Source: an uncultured Acidobacteriota bacterium (GTDB taxonomy: Bacteria > Acidobacteriota > Blastocatellia > RBC074). From it: a DNA stretch of 64,000 nucleotides. Made by a program: the position numbers and the translations under genes. The notes under the pieces were generated by a model. It worked only from the letters and a program-made list of their open reading frames with translations. It was not told the DNA's origin and searched no databases. The DNA is taken from positions 1,216,001 through 1,280,000 of the forward strand of contig CAWCKY010000006.1 of NCBI GenBank assembly GCA_963796275.1, written 5' to 3'. Shown one piece after another: positions 21,110 through 31,021 of this stretch. The stretch's first letter is position 1. Every line of letters begins with the position of its first letter.

Positions 21110-22756
21110 ATGATAGGGAAAATTATAGGTAACTACAGACTCATTGATGAATTAGGATACGGCAACATGGGTGTGGTCTATCGAGGCCAACATATCCATG
21201 AGGGTCGAGACGTGGTAGTCAAAGAAATATCGATGACCCATTTTCCTACCTCAACCCGTGTACAGCTCAAGGCACACTTGCGGCGCGAGACATTTATTTT
21301 GTCGCAGCTCGACCACCCGGGCATCGCCAATATCTATGAATCTTTCTCGAGAGGCGATAATACCTATCTGGTATTGGAGTATATCGAGGCAACCAGTCTT
21401 CGCGACTTGCTCGAGCATGAGGGGGTTCCGAGCCCCTCCCAGGCGGTCTATCTGTGCAAACAGGCGCTGGCGGCGCTGGATTACGCGCACAATTTTAGAT
21501 ATTTGACCGAATCGGATTTACGGCTCATAGGTATCATTCATCGCGATATCAAGCCATCAAACTTACTCGTCGATGCGAATGGAAATTTGAAGATCACTGA
21601 TTTCGGAATAGTGAAAATGCCGGACCGGCAGAGTATGGCTCCTCCAAGCTTCCGGCCCGGCACTACGGAATACCTTCCTCCCGAGCATCTACGCGGCATC
21701 GATCTTGACGCGCGCTCCGACATATATAGCCTGGGAGTCACGTTTTATGAAGTTTTAACGGGAAAATTGCCGGTCAAGCGGCCCAGAAAAGAGCCCGTAG
21801 ACGATAAAGATGCGGAATATTCGGAGACCGGGCCGCTTCCGATCATCGATCTGCGACCCGAAGTAGACCCATTTCTCGCATCGATTTTTATGCGAGCGAT
21901 ACAAAAAGCTCCCGGTGACCGTTTCCAGTCGGCCGCTGAATTTTTGAAGGCGATAGAAGAATTTGAAAGGAACGATGGCATAGCAGAAGGAGTGGCATCG
22001 GTCGAGGAGTCGATCGAAGAAGGACCAGGCGTTTCAATCATCGATATCTCCGAGACATCGGAAATAGCGTACTCGAACCGATCGCCGATAAAATCGCCCT
22101 TATCGACGGCTCCCGTCGGTGAAATGGATGCTCCCGATTTTCGGGGGACGCCTGTCATACGGAATGCTCGGAAGGTAATGTCGCGGACTTCGCGTAAGAC
22201 ACTGTGGGTGGCGGCGATAGTATTTATAATTTTTGGTGTCCCGATCTTCGCATATTTTTTGACTCAACAGCCGGGCGCGGCGGAGCAAGGTGTGGTGGAA
22301 CAGGCCGAGGCGGAGGGAAGTCCCGCCGTGCCGTCCGAATCTCCTTCTGGCGTTACGACGGAACCGACTCCCGGTTCAGTAGTGCCCGCAGCGAGCGCGG
22401 CGGCGCCCGAACCTACACCATACTTGACTACCGTCAGTTCAGGAGACGCCGACAAACTTAGCCGCGCGCGTGAGGCTGAAAGTAGAGGATTTTTCAAACA
22501 GTCAGTGAGAAGATACGAGGAATATCTTCGTAGTAATCCAAACCAGGTCGATGCCGCACTGGCTTCCGGAGAGCTCGAAAACCTGAAAAAATTTGTGACA
22601 TTTCTGAGAGACGCCAGGACCGCATCCAAGCGACAGAATTTTGAAAAAGCGCGACTCAACTACACCGAGGCACTGAAACTCCGCCCATACTCGAGAGTAG
22701 TGCGGAGTGAATTGGAGCTGGCAGAGAAAAAGTTGCCCGGAGCCTCGCGTAATTAA
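21110..22756 (+). CDS. Ser/Thr protein kinase with TM helix and C-terminal TPR-like region
   Basis: GYGNMGVVY, HRDIKPSN, DFG, PPE and SDIYSLG motifs; hydrophobic helix near aa 365-385. Confidence 0.92.
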   Translation: MIGKIIGNYRLIDELGYGNMGVVYRGQHIHEGRDVVVKEISMTHFPTSTRVQLKAHLRRETFILSQLDHPGIANIYESFSRGDNTYLVLEYIEATSLRDLLEHEGVPSPSQAVYLCKQALAALDYAHNFRYLTESDLRLIGIIHRDIKPSNLLVDANGNLKITDFGIVKMPDRQSMAPPSFRPGTTEYLPPEHLRGIDLDARSDIYSLGVTFYEVLTGKLPVKRPRKEPVDDKDAEYSETGPLPIIDLRPEVDPFLASIFMRAIQKAPGDRFQSAAEFLKAIEEFERNDGIAEGVASVEESIEEGPGVSIIDISETSEIAYSNRSPIKSPLSTAPVGEMDAPDFRGTPVIRNARKVMSRTSRKTLWVAAIVFIIFGVPIFAYFLTQQPGAAEQGVVEQAEAEGSPAVPSESPSGVTTEPTPGSVVPAASAAAPEPTPYLTTVSSGDADKLSRAREAESRGFFKQSVRRYEEYLRSNPNQVDAALASGELENLKKFVTFLRDARTASKRQNFEKARLNYTEALKLRPYSRVVRSELELAEKKLPGASRN

Positions 22757-23019
22757 ATGCTGGCAAGGCCATCCCGGCACGTTCAATCGGGCTTATTCAG
22801 TAAGTTTCCGCCATCTCTCGATCACCGGCGGCTGAAGCCAGGGCGCTAACGCTGCTCCGCTCGATCAATCAATTCAATCCGAGTGACATCAAACATATTC
22901 ATTCGCAGATGCCTCATTAAAACTGAAGATTATGCAAATTAAAGACGAGTGTAATCAGTCGTTAAGAAACTCAGTGCCGCAGGCGAAATGTTGGTAGCAT
23001 TCGATCGGAGTAGATTCAC

Positions 23020-24450
23020 GTGGAAGTGAAAGAAAAAACACAATCCGCTTCTCACCTCGTTCGCACGCTAAAATTGCGCGACCTGGTTCTGTTCAATCTC
23101 GTTGCCATCCTGGGCCTTCGGCATCTCGCTACATCTGCGAAGTTCGGTCCGGGATCGCTGATCATCTGGATCATTGCCGCATTGTTCTTCTTCGTGCCGC
23201 AAGGGCTTGCCGTTATTGAGCTGTCATCGCGCTTCCCGAAAGAGGGAGGCATTTATCTCTGGACGAAGAGCGCGCTCGGAGAAGGGCACGGGTTTCTCTG
23301 CGGATGGTGTTATTGGATCAATAATGTCCTGTACTACCCGAACCTGCTCATTACCGCGGCGGTGATCTCAACATATGTCATAGGACAGGGTGAAACCGGG
23401 TTGAGCGATAGATGGAGCTTTATCCTGCCGGTAACTTTGATTGCTCTGTGGCTTGCAGCCGCGATCAACATAGTCGGGCTGGGTACGGGAAAATGGTTGC
23501 AGAACGCCGGGGGGATTGGGACGTATATTCCCGGCCTCATCATTATTTTTTTGGGTCTCTATGGTGTAATGACGGGTGAGCCATCCAACCCGATCAACAG
23601 CGACACGCTTAAGCCCGATTTTACTAACCTCCCATCGTTAAACCTGCTGGCCTCGGTTGCATTTGCATTTGCGGGATTGGAGCTGGCATCGACTATGGGA
23701 GATGAATGTGAAGATCCGCGGCGCAGCCTTCCCCGTTCGATCTTCATTTCGGCGCCGCTCATCGCGGTCGCTTATATTCTCGGTACCGGCGCAGTGCTGT
23801 GGCTGGTACCAAATCAGGATATCAATCTCGTATCCGGGTTTCTGCAAGCTATCACCAACGGCGCGCGCGGAGTGTCTGAAAGTCTCTGGTGGATCGCCCC
23901 GCTGTGCGCTGCGCTTTACACCGTGGGGAACCTCGGTGGGGTCGGCGCTTGGTTGAATGGCCCCGCGCGCGTAGCATTTGTTATCGGTTTGGACCGTTAT
24001 TTCCCGAAGGGATTCGGGCGAGTACATCCGAAATGGCGTACGCCCTATGTCGCCATTCTTGTTCAGGCCTCGCTCGCCACGATCTTCCTTCTCGTCTCGG
24101 TGCTCGGGAAGGGAACGAATGTTGAAGAGGTCTATTTGATATTGCTCGATACTCAACTCCTGATCTACTTCATCCCATATCTATATCTCTTCACTGTATT
24201 TCTGATACACCGGCGCCGAGGGAAAGCAGACAATGAAGCGATTCTCGCGCCTGGTGGAACAGTGGGCGCATGGGTGATAGGTTTGAGCGGTGCGGCTCTA
24301 ACTCTATTTGCTATGGTTGTTGCCACTATACCGCCCGAAGCCAGCACCGAACCATGGCTTTTCAGATTGAAGGTTATCGGTGGCGCGGCTGGATTTATTA
24401 TTGTCGGTGGATTGATTTACCTTCGCGCGAAGTTGAAGAAGTCGGTTTAA
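23020..24450 (+). CDS. APC family amino acid permease
   Basis: ELSSRFPKEGGIYLW, FAFAGLE, DPRRSLPR and HPKWRTPY motifs; about 12 TMs. Confidence 0.92.
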   Translation: MEVKEKTQSASHLVRTLKLRDLVLFNLVAILGLRHLATSAKFGPGSLIIWIIAALFFFVPQGLAVIELSSRFPKEGGIYLWTKSALGEGHGFLCGWCYWINNVLYYPNLLITAAVISTYVIGQGETGLSDRWSFILPVTLIALWLAAAINIVGLGTGKWLQNAGGIGTYIPGLIIIFLGLYGVMTGEPSNPINSDTLKPDFTNLPSLNLLASVAFAFAGLELASTMGDECEDPRRSLPRSIFISAPLIAVAYILGTGAVLWLVPNQDINLVSGFLQAITNGARGVSESLWWIAPLCAALYTVGNLGGVGAWLNGPARVAFVIGLDRYFPKGFGRVHPKWRTPYVAILVQASLATIFLLVSVLGKGTNVEEVYLILLDTQLLIYFIPYLYLFTVFLIHRRRGKADNEAILAPGGTVGAWVIGLSGAALTLFAMVVATIPPEASTEPWLFRLKVIGGAAGFIIVGGLIYLRAKLKKSV

Positions 24451-24707
24451 GCGAATTACATGACGAAAAGTTATCGCCGACGCGATGGGAGACGATCCGG
24501 CACCGCCTGCCTTGGGATAAGACCTTCTTGTTTCCCAAACTTTTGCGGGTGTTCATATAAGCCCAACTGGTGCAACAGAATAGATAGTGGCTTAGCGAGG
24601 CCCCACGGAACCCAACGCAAATGATCGTCAGGGCCCCCACTCAAGCTTCAACCCCCACAACAAGATATCTGCAAAGGCGTAATATTTCCCAACAGTACAA
24701 CCATCGC

Positions 24708-24737
24708 TTGACAGGTTCGCAAATCGTTTGTTAATTT
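24708..24737 (+). promoter_or_regulatory. Putative sigma70 promoter of tRNA-Val
   Basis: TTGACA at 24708-24713 and TG-n-TAATTT ending at 24737. Confidence 0.5.
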
Positions 24738-24755
24738 CATCTGTGAGTTTCTTGC

Positions 24756-24829
<74 letters not shown>

Positions 24830-25163
24830 TACTAGCCGGGCTGAAATTATTATCGATGCCCGTAAGTTCAACGTCAGCTCCAGAAGAGTTGTCAATACTT
24901 ATGCAGATAAGATTTAGATTTAATCGAACTAAGTAGCTGCGATGATCGATGCGTCGACTGACGCGCGCATCGCAGCGAATCTGCTTGACGACCGCTGGCG
25001 TAGGACCTTACCTGAAGCGATTATCCATTAATCGGGGCTTTTGGGACTGTCCACACGGCAAAATTTGTGATTTGAAATTTGAGTTTCGCAAATTGCCATT
25101 TACGAACCTCAAATTTCGACCTGCAGCCGCCATGGCCGCGGGCAATGGAATTGTGAGACAGCA

Positions 25164-27104
25164 GTGAGTGAATTAGTACCAGAATTATCAGCTATCGAAT
25201 TGCTTAAACAGCAGGATCGGGAGAGCGCGAAAAAAGCTATCGCGGCGCGGCTCTACCGCAATGGCGTTAGACAGGAAAATCCTGTCGATTTGAGTTACCC
25301 GGTCAAAGAGGGTGAGCGGGTGGAACCTCTTACACCCGAAACGCGGGAGGCGCTCGAAGTATATCGCCATTCGACTGCGCACCTGCTGGCTGCCGCGGTC
25401 CTCGATCTTTTCCCTGGCACCAAACTGGGGATCGGGCCTGCGCTGCTCGACGATCCGAAAGGCGGTTTCTTTTACGACTTCCAGCGCGACGATGGCGGGC
25501 GATTTACGCCCGAAGACCTGCCGAAGATCGAGAAGCGGATGAAGGATCTGGTCAAGCGAAACCTGGAATACAAGCGCATCGAGGTGCCGAAGAAAGAGGC
25601 CGAGAAGAAGTTCGCCGAGATGGGAGAGCCTCTCAAATGCGAATTGATCGAAGAGAAGGGCGGCGAGACGGTCAGTTGCTACACGATCGAAGGGACGCCC
25701 TTTGTGGATTTCTGTCTCGGCCCGCATATACCGGCGACGGGCAAGATCAAGGCCTTCAAACTTCTTTCAATTGCGGGAGCGCACTGGAAGGGAGACGAGA
25801 AACGTCCGCAGATGCAGCGCATCTATGGCACGTCGTTCTTTGCCCAGGAAGAGCTGGATGAATGGCTCAAGCAGAAGGAGGAGGCGGAACGGCGCGATCA
25901 TCGAAAGATCGGCCCGGAGCTCGATCTCTTCAGCTTCAGCGATGCGATAGGGTCCGGCCTGGTTTTATGGCATCCCAACGGCGCGTTGATCCGCAAGGTC
26001 ATCGAGGGTTTTCTCAACGAAGAGCTTTATAAGCGCGGCTACAGCTTCGTCAACACTCCGCACATCACGCAGTCGGAGCTGTTCCGCATCTCCGGCCATC
26101 TGCAGGTCTATCGCGATGTGCTCTATCCGGAGATGAAGGACATCGAGAACGAGCATATCGAATACCGGCTGAAGCCGATGAATTGCCCGTTTCACATCCA
26201 GATCTACAGTTCGCGGCAGCGTTCATACCGCGATCTGCCGCAGCGATATGCGGAATACGGAACGGTCTATCGCTACGAGCGTTCGGGAGTCGCGCACGGT
26301 TTGATGCGCGCGCGTGGTTTCACCCAGGATGACGCGCACATCTTTTGCACGCCGGAGCAACTGAAGGCCGAGATATTCGGATGCCTCGATCTGGTCGATT
26401 TCATCTTCCGGGCGTTCGGTTTCGAATATAAGGCTGAACTCTCGGTGCGGCATCCGACGGATCATTCGAAGTATCTGGGATCGAATGAAGTTTGGGATTT
26501 GGCGGAGAGCGCTCTGACGGAGGCGCTGGTCGAGCGCGGGCTGCCGTATCAAAGGATGGAAGACGAAGCGGCGTTTTATGGTCCGAAGATCGATTTCAAG
26601 GTGGTCGACGCGATCAAGCGGACGTGGCAGCTTTCGACGATTCAGGTCGATTTCAATATGCCTGAACGTTTCGAGATCGAGTTTATCGGCTCGGATAACA
26701 AACCGCATCGCCCGATTATGGTGCACCGGGCGATACTGGGATCGTTCGAGCGATTTTTCGGCATTCTGATCGAGCATTATGCGGGAGCATTTCCGGTCTG
26801 GCTCGCGCCCGTGCAGGCGATCGTCCTGCCGATTTCGGATCGTTTCAATGAGAGAGCTATGGAAGTCGAACGGGAATTGCTAGGAGCCGGCCATCGTGTT
26901 CAGGCCGATCTGCGCAGTGAAAAGATCGGGGCGAAGATTCGCGATGCGCAGCTCAAGAAAATTCCGTTCATGCTCGTCATCGGTGAGAGAGAAGCCGAGG
27001 CCGGCACGGTCGCGGTGCGCGACCGCCTCAAAGGCGATACGGGCGCGGTGCCCGTCGCAGAATTCAGCGCGCGTGTTGATGAAATGGTGAGCAGGCGCGC
27101 TTAA
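25164..27104 (+). CDS. thrS: Threonine--tRNA ligase
   Basis: [47 protein letters not shown] and [11 protein letters not shown] motifs. Confidence 0.98.
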   Translation: MSELVPELSAIELLKQQDRESAKKAIAARLYRNGVRQENPVDLSYPVKEGERVEPLTPETREALEVYRHSTAHLLAAAVLDLFPGTKLGIGPALLDDPKGGFFYDFQRDDGGRFTPEDLPKIEKRMKDLVKRNLEYKRIEVPKKEAEKKFAEMGEPLKCELIEEKGGETVSCYTIEGTPFVDFCLGPHIPATGKIKAFKLLSIAGAHWKGDEKRPQMQRIYGTSFFAQEELDEWLKQKEEAERRDHRKIGPELDLFSFSDAIGSGLVLWHPNGALIRKVIEGFLNEELYKRGYSFVNTPHITQSELFRISGHLQVYRDVLYPEMKDIENEHIEYRLKPMNCPFHIQIYSSRQRSYRDLPQRYAEYGTVYRYERSGVAHGLMRARGFTQDDAHIFCTPEQLKAEIFGCLDLVDFIFRAFGFEYKAELSVRHPTDHSKYLGSNEVWDLAESALTEALVERGLPYQRMEDEAAFYGPKIDFKVVDAIKRTWQLSTIQVDFNMPERFEIEFIGSDNKPHRPIMVHRAILGSFERFFGILIEHYAGAFPVWLAPVQAIVLPISDRFNERAMEVERELLGAGHRVQADLRSEKIGAKIRDAQLKKIPFMLVIGEREAEAGTVAVRDRLKGDTGAVPVAEFSARVDEMVSRRA

Positions 27105-27155
27105 ATAAATCTCAAATGTTCGATTTGAGATGTTCGTTTCAATGGAGGTGAATCT

Positions 27156-27716
27156 ATTAGCAACGGTTATTCAGGCGGAGGTGGTTTCAGAGGACGCAGG
27201 GATCATAGAGGGCCCCAGGTAAGAGTCAACGAGCGGATCCGTGCGAAAGAGATCAGGGTGATCGATGAAGAAGGGCAACAGCTCGGCATACTAACGCCGC
27301 AGCGGGCTCTGGAGATTGCGCGCGAGCGGGGGTTCGACCTGGTCGAGGTTGCACCCCAGGCTAATCCGCCGGTCTGTCGCATCGTTGACTTTGGTAAATT
27401 TCTTTACGAACAGAAGAAGCGGGCGCACGACGCCAAGCGGAAGCAGGTCGTAATAGAAGTTAAAGAGATCAAGTTCCGCCCGTCGACCGACGAGCACGAT
27501 TACAATTTCAAGATGAAGCATGCCAAAGAAATTCTGGCTGATGGGAACAAGGTGAAGGCGACTGTCCGCTTCCGCGGGCGCGAGATCACGCACAAGGAGT
27601 TGGGAATGCAGTTGCTCGATAGGCTCGAGAAGGATTTGGCCGAGAACGGTACGCTTGAGTTCCGGCCGCGGCTTGAAGGCATGGCGATCACAGTGGTTTT
27701 TTCACCAAAGAAGTAG
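27156..27716 (+). CDS. infC: Translation initiation factor IF-3 (ATT start)
   Basis: GGAGG SD then in-frame ATT at 27156; continues ...[35 protein letters not shown]. Confidence 0.96.
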   Translation: MSNGYSGGGGFRGRRDHRGPQVRVNERIRAKEIRVIDEEGQQLGILTPQRALEIARERGFDLVEVAPQANPPVCRIVDFGKFLYEQKKRAHDAKRKQVVIEVKEIKFRPSTDEHDYNFKMKHAKEILADGNKVKATVRFRGREITHKELGMQLLDRLEKDLAENGTLEFRPRLEGMAITVVFSPKK

Positions 27717-27768
27717 TTTTCAGTTTTCAGTTTTCAGTTGGGAACAAACTGAAAAACTAAAAACTGAA
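27716..27768. repeat. AGTTTTC heptamer inverted repeat between infC and rpmI
   Basis: gttttcagttttcagttttcagtt-gggaac-aaactgaaaaactaaaaactgaa. Confidence 0.85.
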
Positions 27769-27783
27769 TTAACGGAGGGAATA

Positions 27784-27987
27784 ATGCCTAAATTGAAAAC
27801 ACATAAGGGCGCGGCCAAGCGCTTTCGAACGACCGCGACGGGGAAGATCAAGCGCGGCCATTCGCACGCCCGCCACATTCTGACGAAGAAGACGACCAAG
27901 CGTAAGCGGCAACTCGATATCGATGTGCTCGTTTCCGAGTCTGATAGGGATCGGGTCGAACAGATGTTGCCTTACGGCAGAAAATAG
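27784..27987 (+). CDS. rpmI: 50S ribosomal protein L35
   Basis: [14 protein letters not shown]...[12 protein letters not shown]; GGAGG SD upstream. Confidence 0.96.
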   Translation: MPKLKTHKGAAKRFRTTATGKIKRGHSHARHILTKKTTKRKRQLDIDVLVSESDRDRVEQMLPYGRK

Positions 27988-28051
27988 CCCTGATCATATA
28001 AATCGGTAAGCACAAACGATAGTTTGTGCTTCATTTAGAAGGAGGTCAGAT

Positions 28052-28423
28052 ATGCCTCGCGCAAAACGTAGTAATAAGCGCCTGGATAAACGCAAAAAAC
28101 TCGAGAAACTGTCGAAAGGTTATCGCGGGACAAAGAGCAAACTCTATCGCTCGATGAAGGAATCGGTCGAGCGCGGACTCAAGTTCGCCTATGTCGGGCG
28201 GAAGATCAAAAAGCGTGATTTCCGTTCACTCTGGATCATACGCATCGGAGCCGCGGCGAGGTTGAACGGGCTCAACTACAGTCAATTTATGCACGGTCTC
28301 AAAGTCGCCGGGATTAACCTTGATCGAAAGATTCTCGCTGACCTGGCCGTCAATCAGCCGAAGGCTTTTGCCGAGCTGGCAGGTTCGGTGAAAAAAGCGT
28401 TGGAATCGGGTAAAGCGTTATAG
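28052..28423 (+). CDS. rplT: 50S ribosomal protein L20
   Basis: [27 protein letters not shown] and [10 protein letters not shown] motifs. Confidence 0.97.
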   Translation: MPRAKRSNKRLDKRKKLEKLSKGYRGTKSKLYRSMKESVERGLKFAYVGRKIKKRDFRSLWIIRIGAAARLNGLNYSQFMHGLKVAGINLDRKILADLAVNQPKAFAELAGSVKKALESGKAL

Positions 28424-28449
28424 CTCCGATTACAGAATCTGAAATTGCC

Positions 28450-28495
28450 GACCCAAGGCTCCCGGTTAACCACTGGATGTCTTGGGTCTTTGTTT
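28450..28495 (+). terminator. Putative intrinsic terminator/attenuator between rplT and pheS
   Basis: GACCCAAGG...TCTTGGGTC stem followed by TTTGTTT. Confidence 0.5.
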
Positions 28496-28502
28496 GATCA
28501 CA

Positions 28503-29534
28503 ATGCCAAATCGCTTAAAAAAATTACGCACATCTTTCGATGAAGAGCTGGTTGAAATTAAAACCGAGACAGACCTGACCGCGCTGCGCGACCGCTGGAT
28601 GAGGCGTAAAGGCGGGTTATTGTCGGAAGAGATGAAGACGCTCGGTCAGCTCACGCCTGACGAGCGCCGCGCAACCGGACAAAAACTCAACGAATTGAAA
28701 GATTATATCGAGGCTGCGTTGGACAGGCTCCTGCACGATTTCGCCGAGCGCCGGGAGGCGGAACAACTCATCAAGGAGCGAATTGACGTGACGATGCCGG
28801 GAAGGCATCTGCCTGCCGGTCATTTGCATCCGATCACGCTCCTGCGCCAGAAGGTGGAAGACATCTTCGTTTCGATGGGCTACGAGATCGAGGACGGCCC
28901 CGAGATCGAAACGGATTTTTATAACTTCGATGCGCTCAATATACCCGCGAACCATCCGGCGCGCAGCCATCAGGACACCTTTTACGTCGAAGACAAAAAA
29001 CTGGCGCTTCGATCGCAAACATCGACCGTGCAGATTCACGCGATGCAACATCGCAGGCCGCCTCTGCGTGTCTTAGCGCCCGGAAAAGTTTTTCGGCGCG
29101 ATACGCCTGACGCGACGCATAATCCGATGTTCTTTCAGGTCGAAGGGCTGCTGGTAGATCGCGGCATCACGCTGGGAGATTTAAAGGGAACGCTTCAGGT
29201 CTTCGTACATCGTATGTTCGGCCCCGAGACGCGGACGCGTTTCCGCCCTTCATATTTCCCGTTCACCGAACCAAGCGCCGAAGTGGATTACAGTTGCTTC
29301 AAGTGCGGAGGCGAGGGCTGCCGCATCTGTAAAGGCTCGGGTTGGATCGAACTCGGCGGCTCGGGAATGGTTCATCCGAATGTACTCCGCAATGTGAAGA
29401 TCGATCCCGAAGAATATACCGGCTTCGCCTTCGGTCTCGGCCTCGATCGGATGTGTGCGTTGAGGTACGGATTGGATGATATTCGATTGTTATACGAGAA
29501 CGATGTGAGGTTCCTCGAACAGTTCCTCGAATAG
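28503..29534 (+). CDS. pheS: Phenylalanine--tRNA ligase alpha subunit
   Basis: [37 protein letters not shown] and [10 protein letters not shown] motifs. Confidence 0.98.
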   Translation: MPNRLKKLRTSFDEELVEIKTETDLTALRDRWMRRKGGLLSEEMKTLGQLTPDERRATGQKLNELKDYIEAALDRLLHDFAERREAEQLIKERIDVTMPGRHLPAGHLHPITLLRQKVEDIFVSMGYEIEDGPEIETDFYNFDALNIPANHPARSHQDTFYVEDKKLALRSQTSTVQIHAMQHRRPPLRVLAPGKVFRRDTPDATHNPMFFQVEGLLVDRGITLGDLKGTLQVFVHRMFGPETRTRFRPSYFPFTEPSAEVDYSCFKCGGEGCRICKGSGWIELGGSGMVHPNVLRNVKIDPEEYTGFAFGLGLDRMCALRYGLDDIRLLYENDVRFLEQFLE

Positions 29535-29559
29535 TTCCTCTGAAAGGAGATCGATTGAT

Positions 29560-30921
29560 ATGCCTACAACGAAACGACGAAGAGCGGTTCAGTCTCTGTT
29601 CGTTGGATTGGCGCACAGACGCAAAGTCGCAAAGAGATTCCTTTTGGTCACTGTGGTTTTGATATCAGCTGTTCCTTCGATTCCAGGGCAGGAACCTCCT
29701 CCGGGTGCCAAATGGAAACTGGATAAGCTTGAGTTCGAGGGGCTTAAAAATCATAAGCAGGAAGATGCTGCCGCCATCTGTGGAATGAAGATCGGTCAGA
29801 TTATCGATCTCGATCTGATCAAGTCAGCCGCGCAAAAACTGGGGACTGCCGGATTGTTCAGCGGCGTCAGTTTTCGGTATCGCTACTCGACCGATCGTGT
29901 CGAGGTGACGTTTGTGGTCGAGGAGGCGAAAGCAGGGAATTTGAGGTGCATCTTCGATAATTTCGTGTGGTTCAGCGATCAGGAGATCAGAGATGCGGTC
30001 AAAATCTCCCTCCCCGATTTTGATGGGACGGCGCCTGACAGCGACTTCGTCACGGAGAAGATCAGACAGTCGCTCGCATCGATGCTGCGGACCCAATCTA
30101 TTGCGGGTGAAGTTTTATACGAATCCATTCAGGATACCGCGACCGGCCGGACTCTTCACGTCTTCAAGGTCAAGAATGCGAACCACAGGATTTGTTCGAT
30201 TCGTTTTGAAGGCGCCAGGGATGAGCTGAAACCGCAACTTGTAAAGGAGATGGGGGCGCTCTTAAAAACCAATTATTCCCGAATGGATGTGAGCCTATTC
30301 GCGGGAGCGGCCTTAACACCATTTTATCGAAACCGCGGATTCCTGAAAGTCCGGTTCGGGAACTCCGAGGCCCAATTGATAGGGGATGGCGAGTGCAAAG
30401 ATGGTGTGGGGGTCACCGTGTCGGTTGAAGAAGGTCCGCTTTATCGCTGGGACAAAGCAATCTGGTCTGGGAACCGGGTTTTGTCGGCGCAGGAATTGAA
30501 TGAAGCCCTGGCAATGAAACAGGGCGAAGCGGCCGATGAGTCGAAAATATCGCGGGGAAACATCGGCGTCATCAGGGCATACGGAAAAAAAGGGTATATG
30601 AAGATATATCTCGTACCGGTTCCGGTGTTTGACGACGAGCGGACTCAAGTCAGTTACCAGATCAAGGTGAATGAAGGCAATCAATATCGAATGGGCCAAT
30701 TGTCGGTTTCAGGGCTGTCCGAGAGCGAAACAAAACAGCTCAACGATATTTGGCAACTTAAAACCGGCGATGTCTTCGATTCTTCATATCCGGGAGAAAT
30801 TTTGAAGCAGGCGATAAAAGAGCGCGTCATTTCGAGCACATCACCGCCCAGGAGGTTTGAGGTCGATCTTAAATCTGATCATGAGAAACTCACGGTAGAT
30901 GTTGCGATTAAATTCAGGTGA
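29560..30921 (+). CDS. Exported POTRA-domain protein lacking a beta-barrel
   Basis: Signal-like segment; POTRA signatures (FEGLKN, GLFSGV, VTFVVEE, YRNRGFL, VEEGPLY, YGKKGY, VNEGNQY); ends at 453 aa with no Omp85 barrel. Confidence 0.75.
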   Translation: MPTTKRRRAVQSLFVGLAHRRKVAKRFLLVTVVLISAVPSIPGQEPPPGAKWKLDKLEFEGLKNHKQEDAAAICGMKIGQIIDLDLIKSAAQKLGTAGLFSGVSFRYRYSTDRVEVTFVVEEAKAGNLRCIFDNFVWFSDQEIRDAVKISLPDFDGTAPDSDFVTEKIRQSLASMLRTQSIAGEVLYESIQDTATGRTLHVFKVKNANHRICSIRFEGARDELKPQLVKEMGALLKTNYSRMDVSLFAGAALTPFYRNRGFLKVRFGNSEAQLIGDGECKDGVGVTVSVEEGPLYRWDKAIWSGNRVLSAQELNEALAMKQGEAADESKISRGNIGVIRAYGKKGYMKIYLVPVPVFDDERTQVSYQIKVNEGNQYRMGQLSVSGLSESETKQLNDIWQLKTGDVFDSSYPGEILKQAIKERVISSTSPPRRFEVDLKSDHEKLTVDVAIKFR

Positions 30922-31021
30922 ACCTTGTGAGAGATGATGATAGATATACGATTTATGAGAAGGAAGTTTTATCGCGGGAAATTTGCAAATATCGTTTTGA
31001 GCAAGGACAGCACTAACAATT

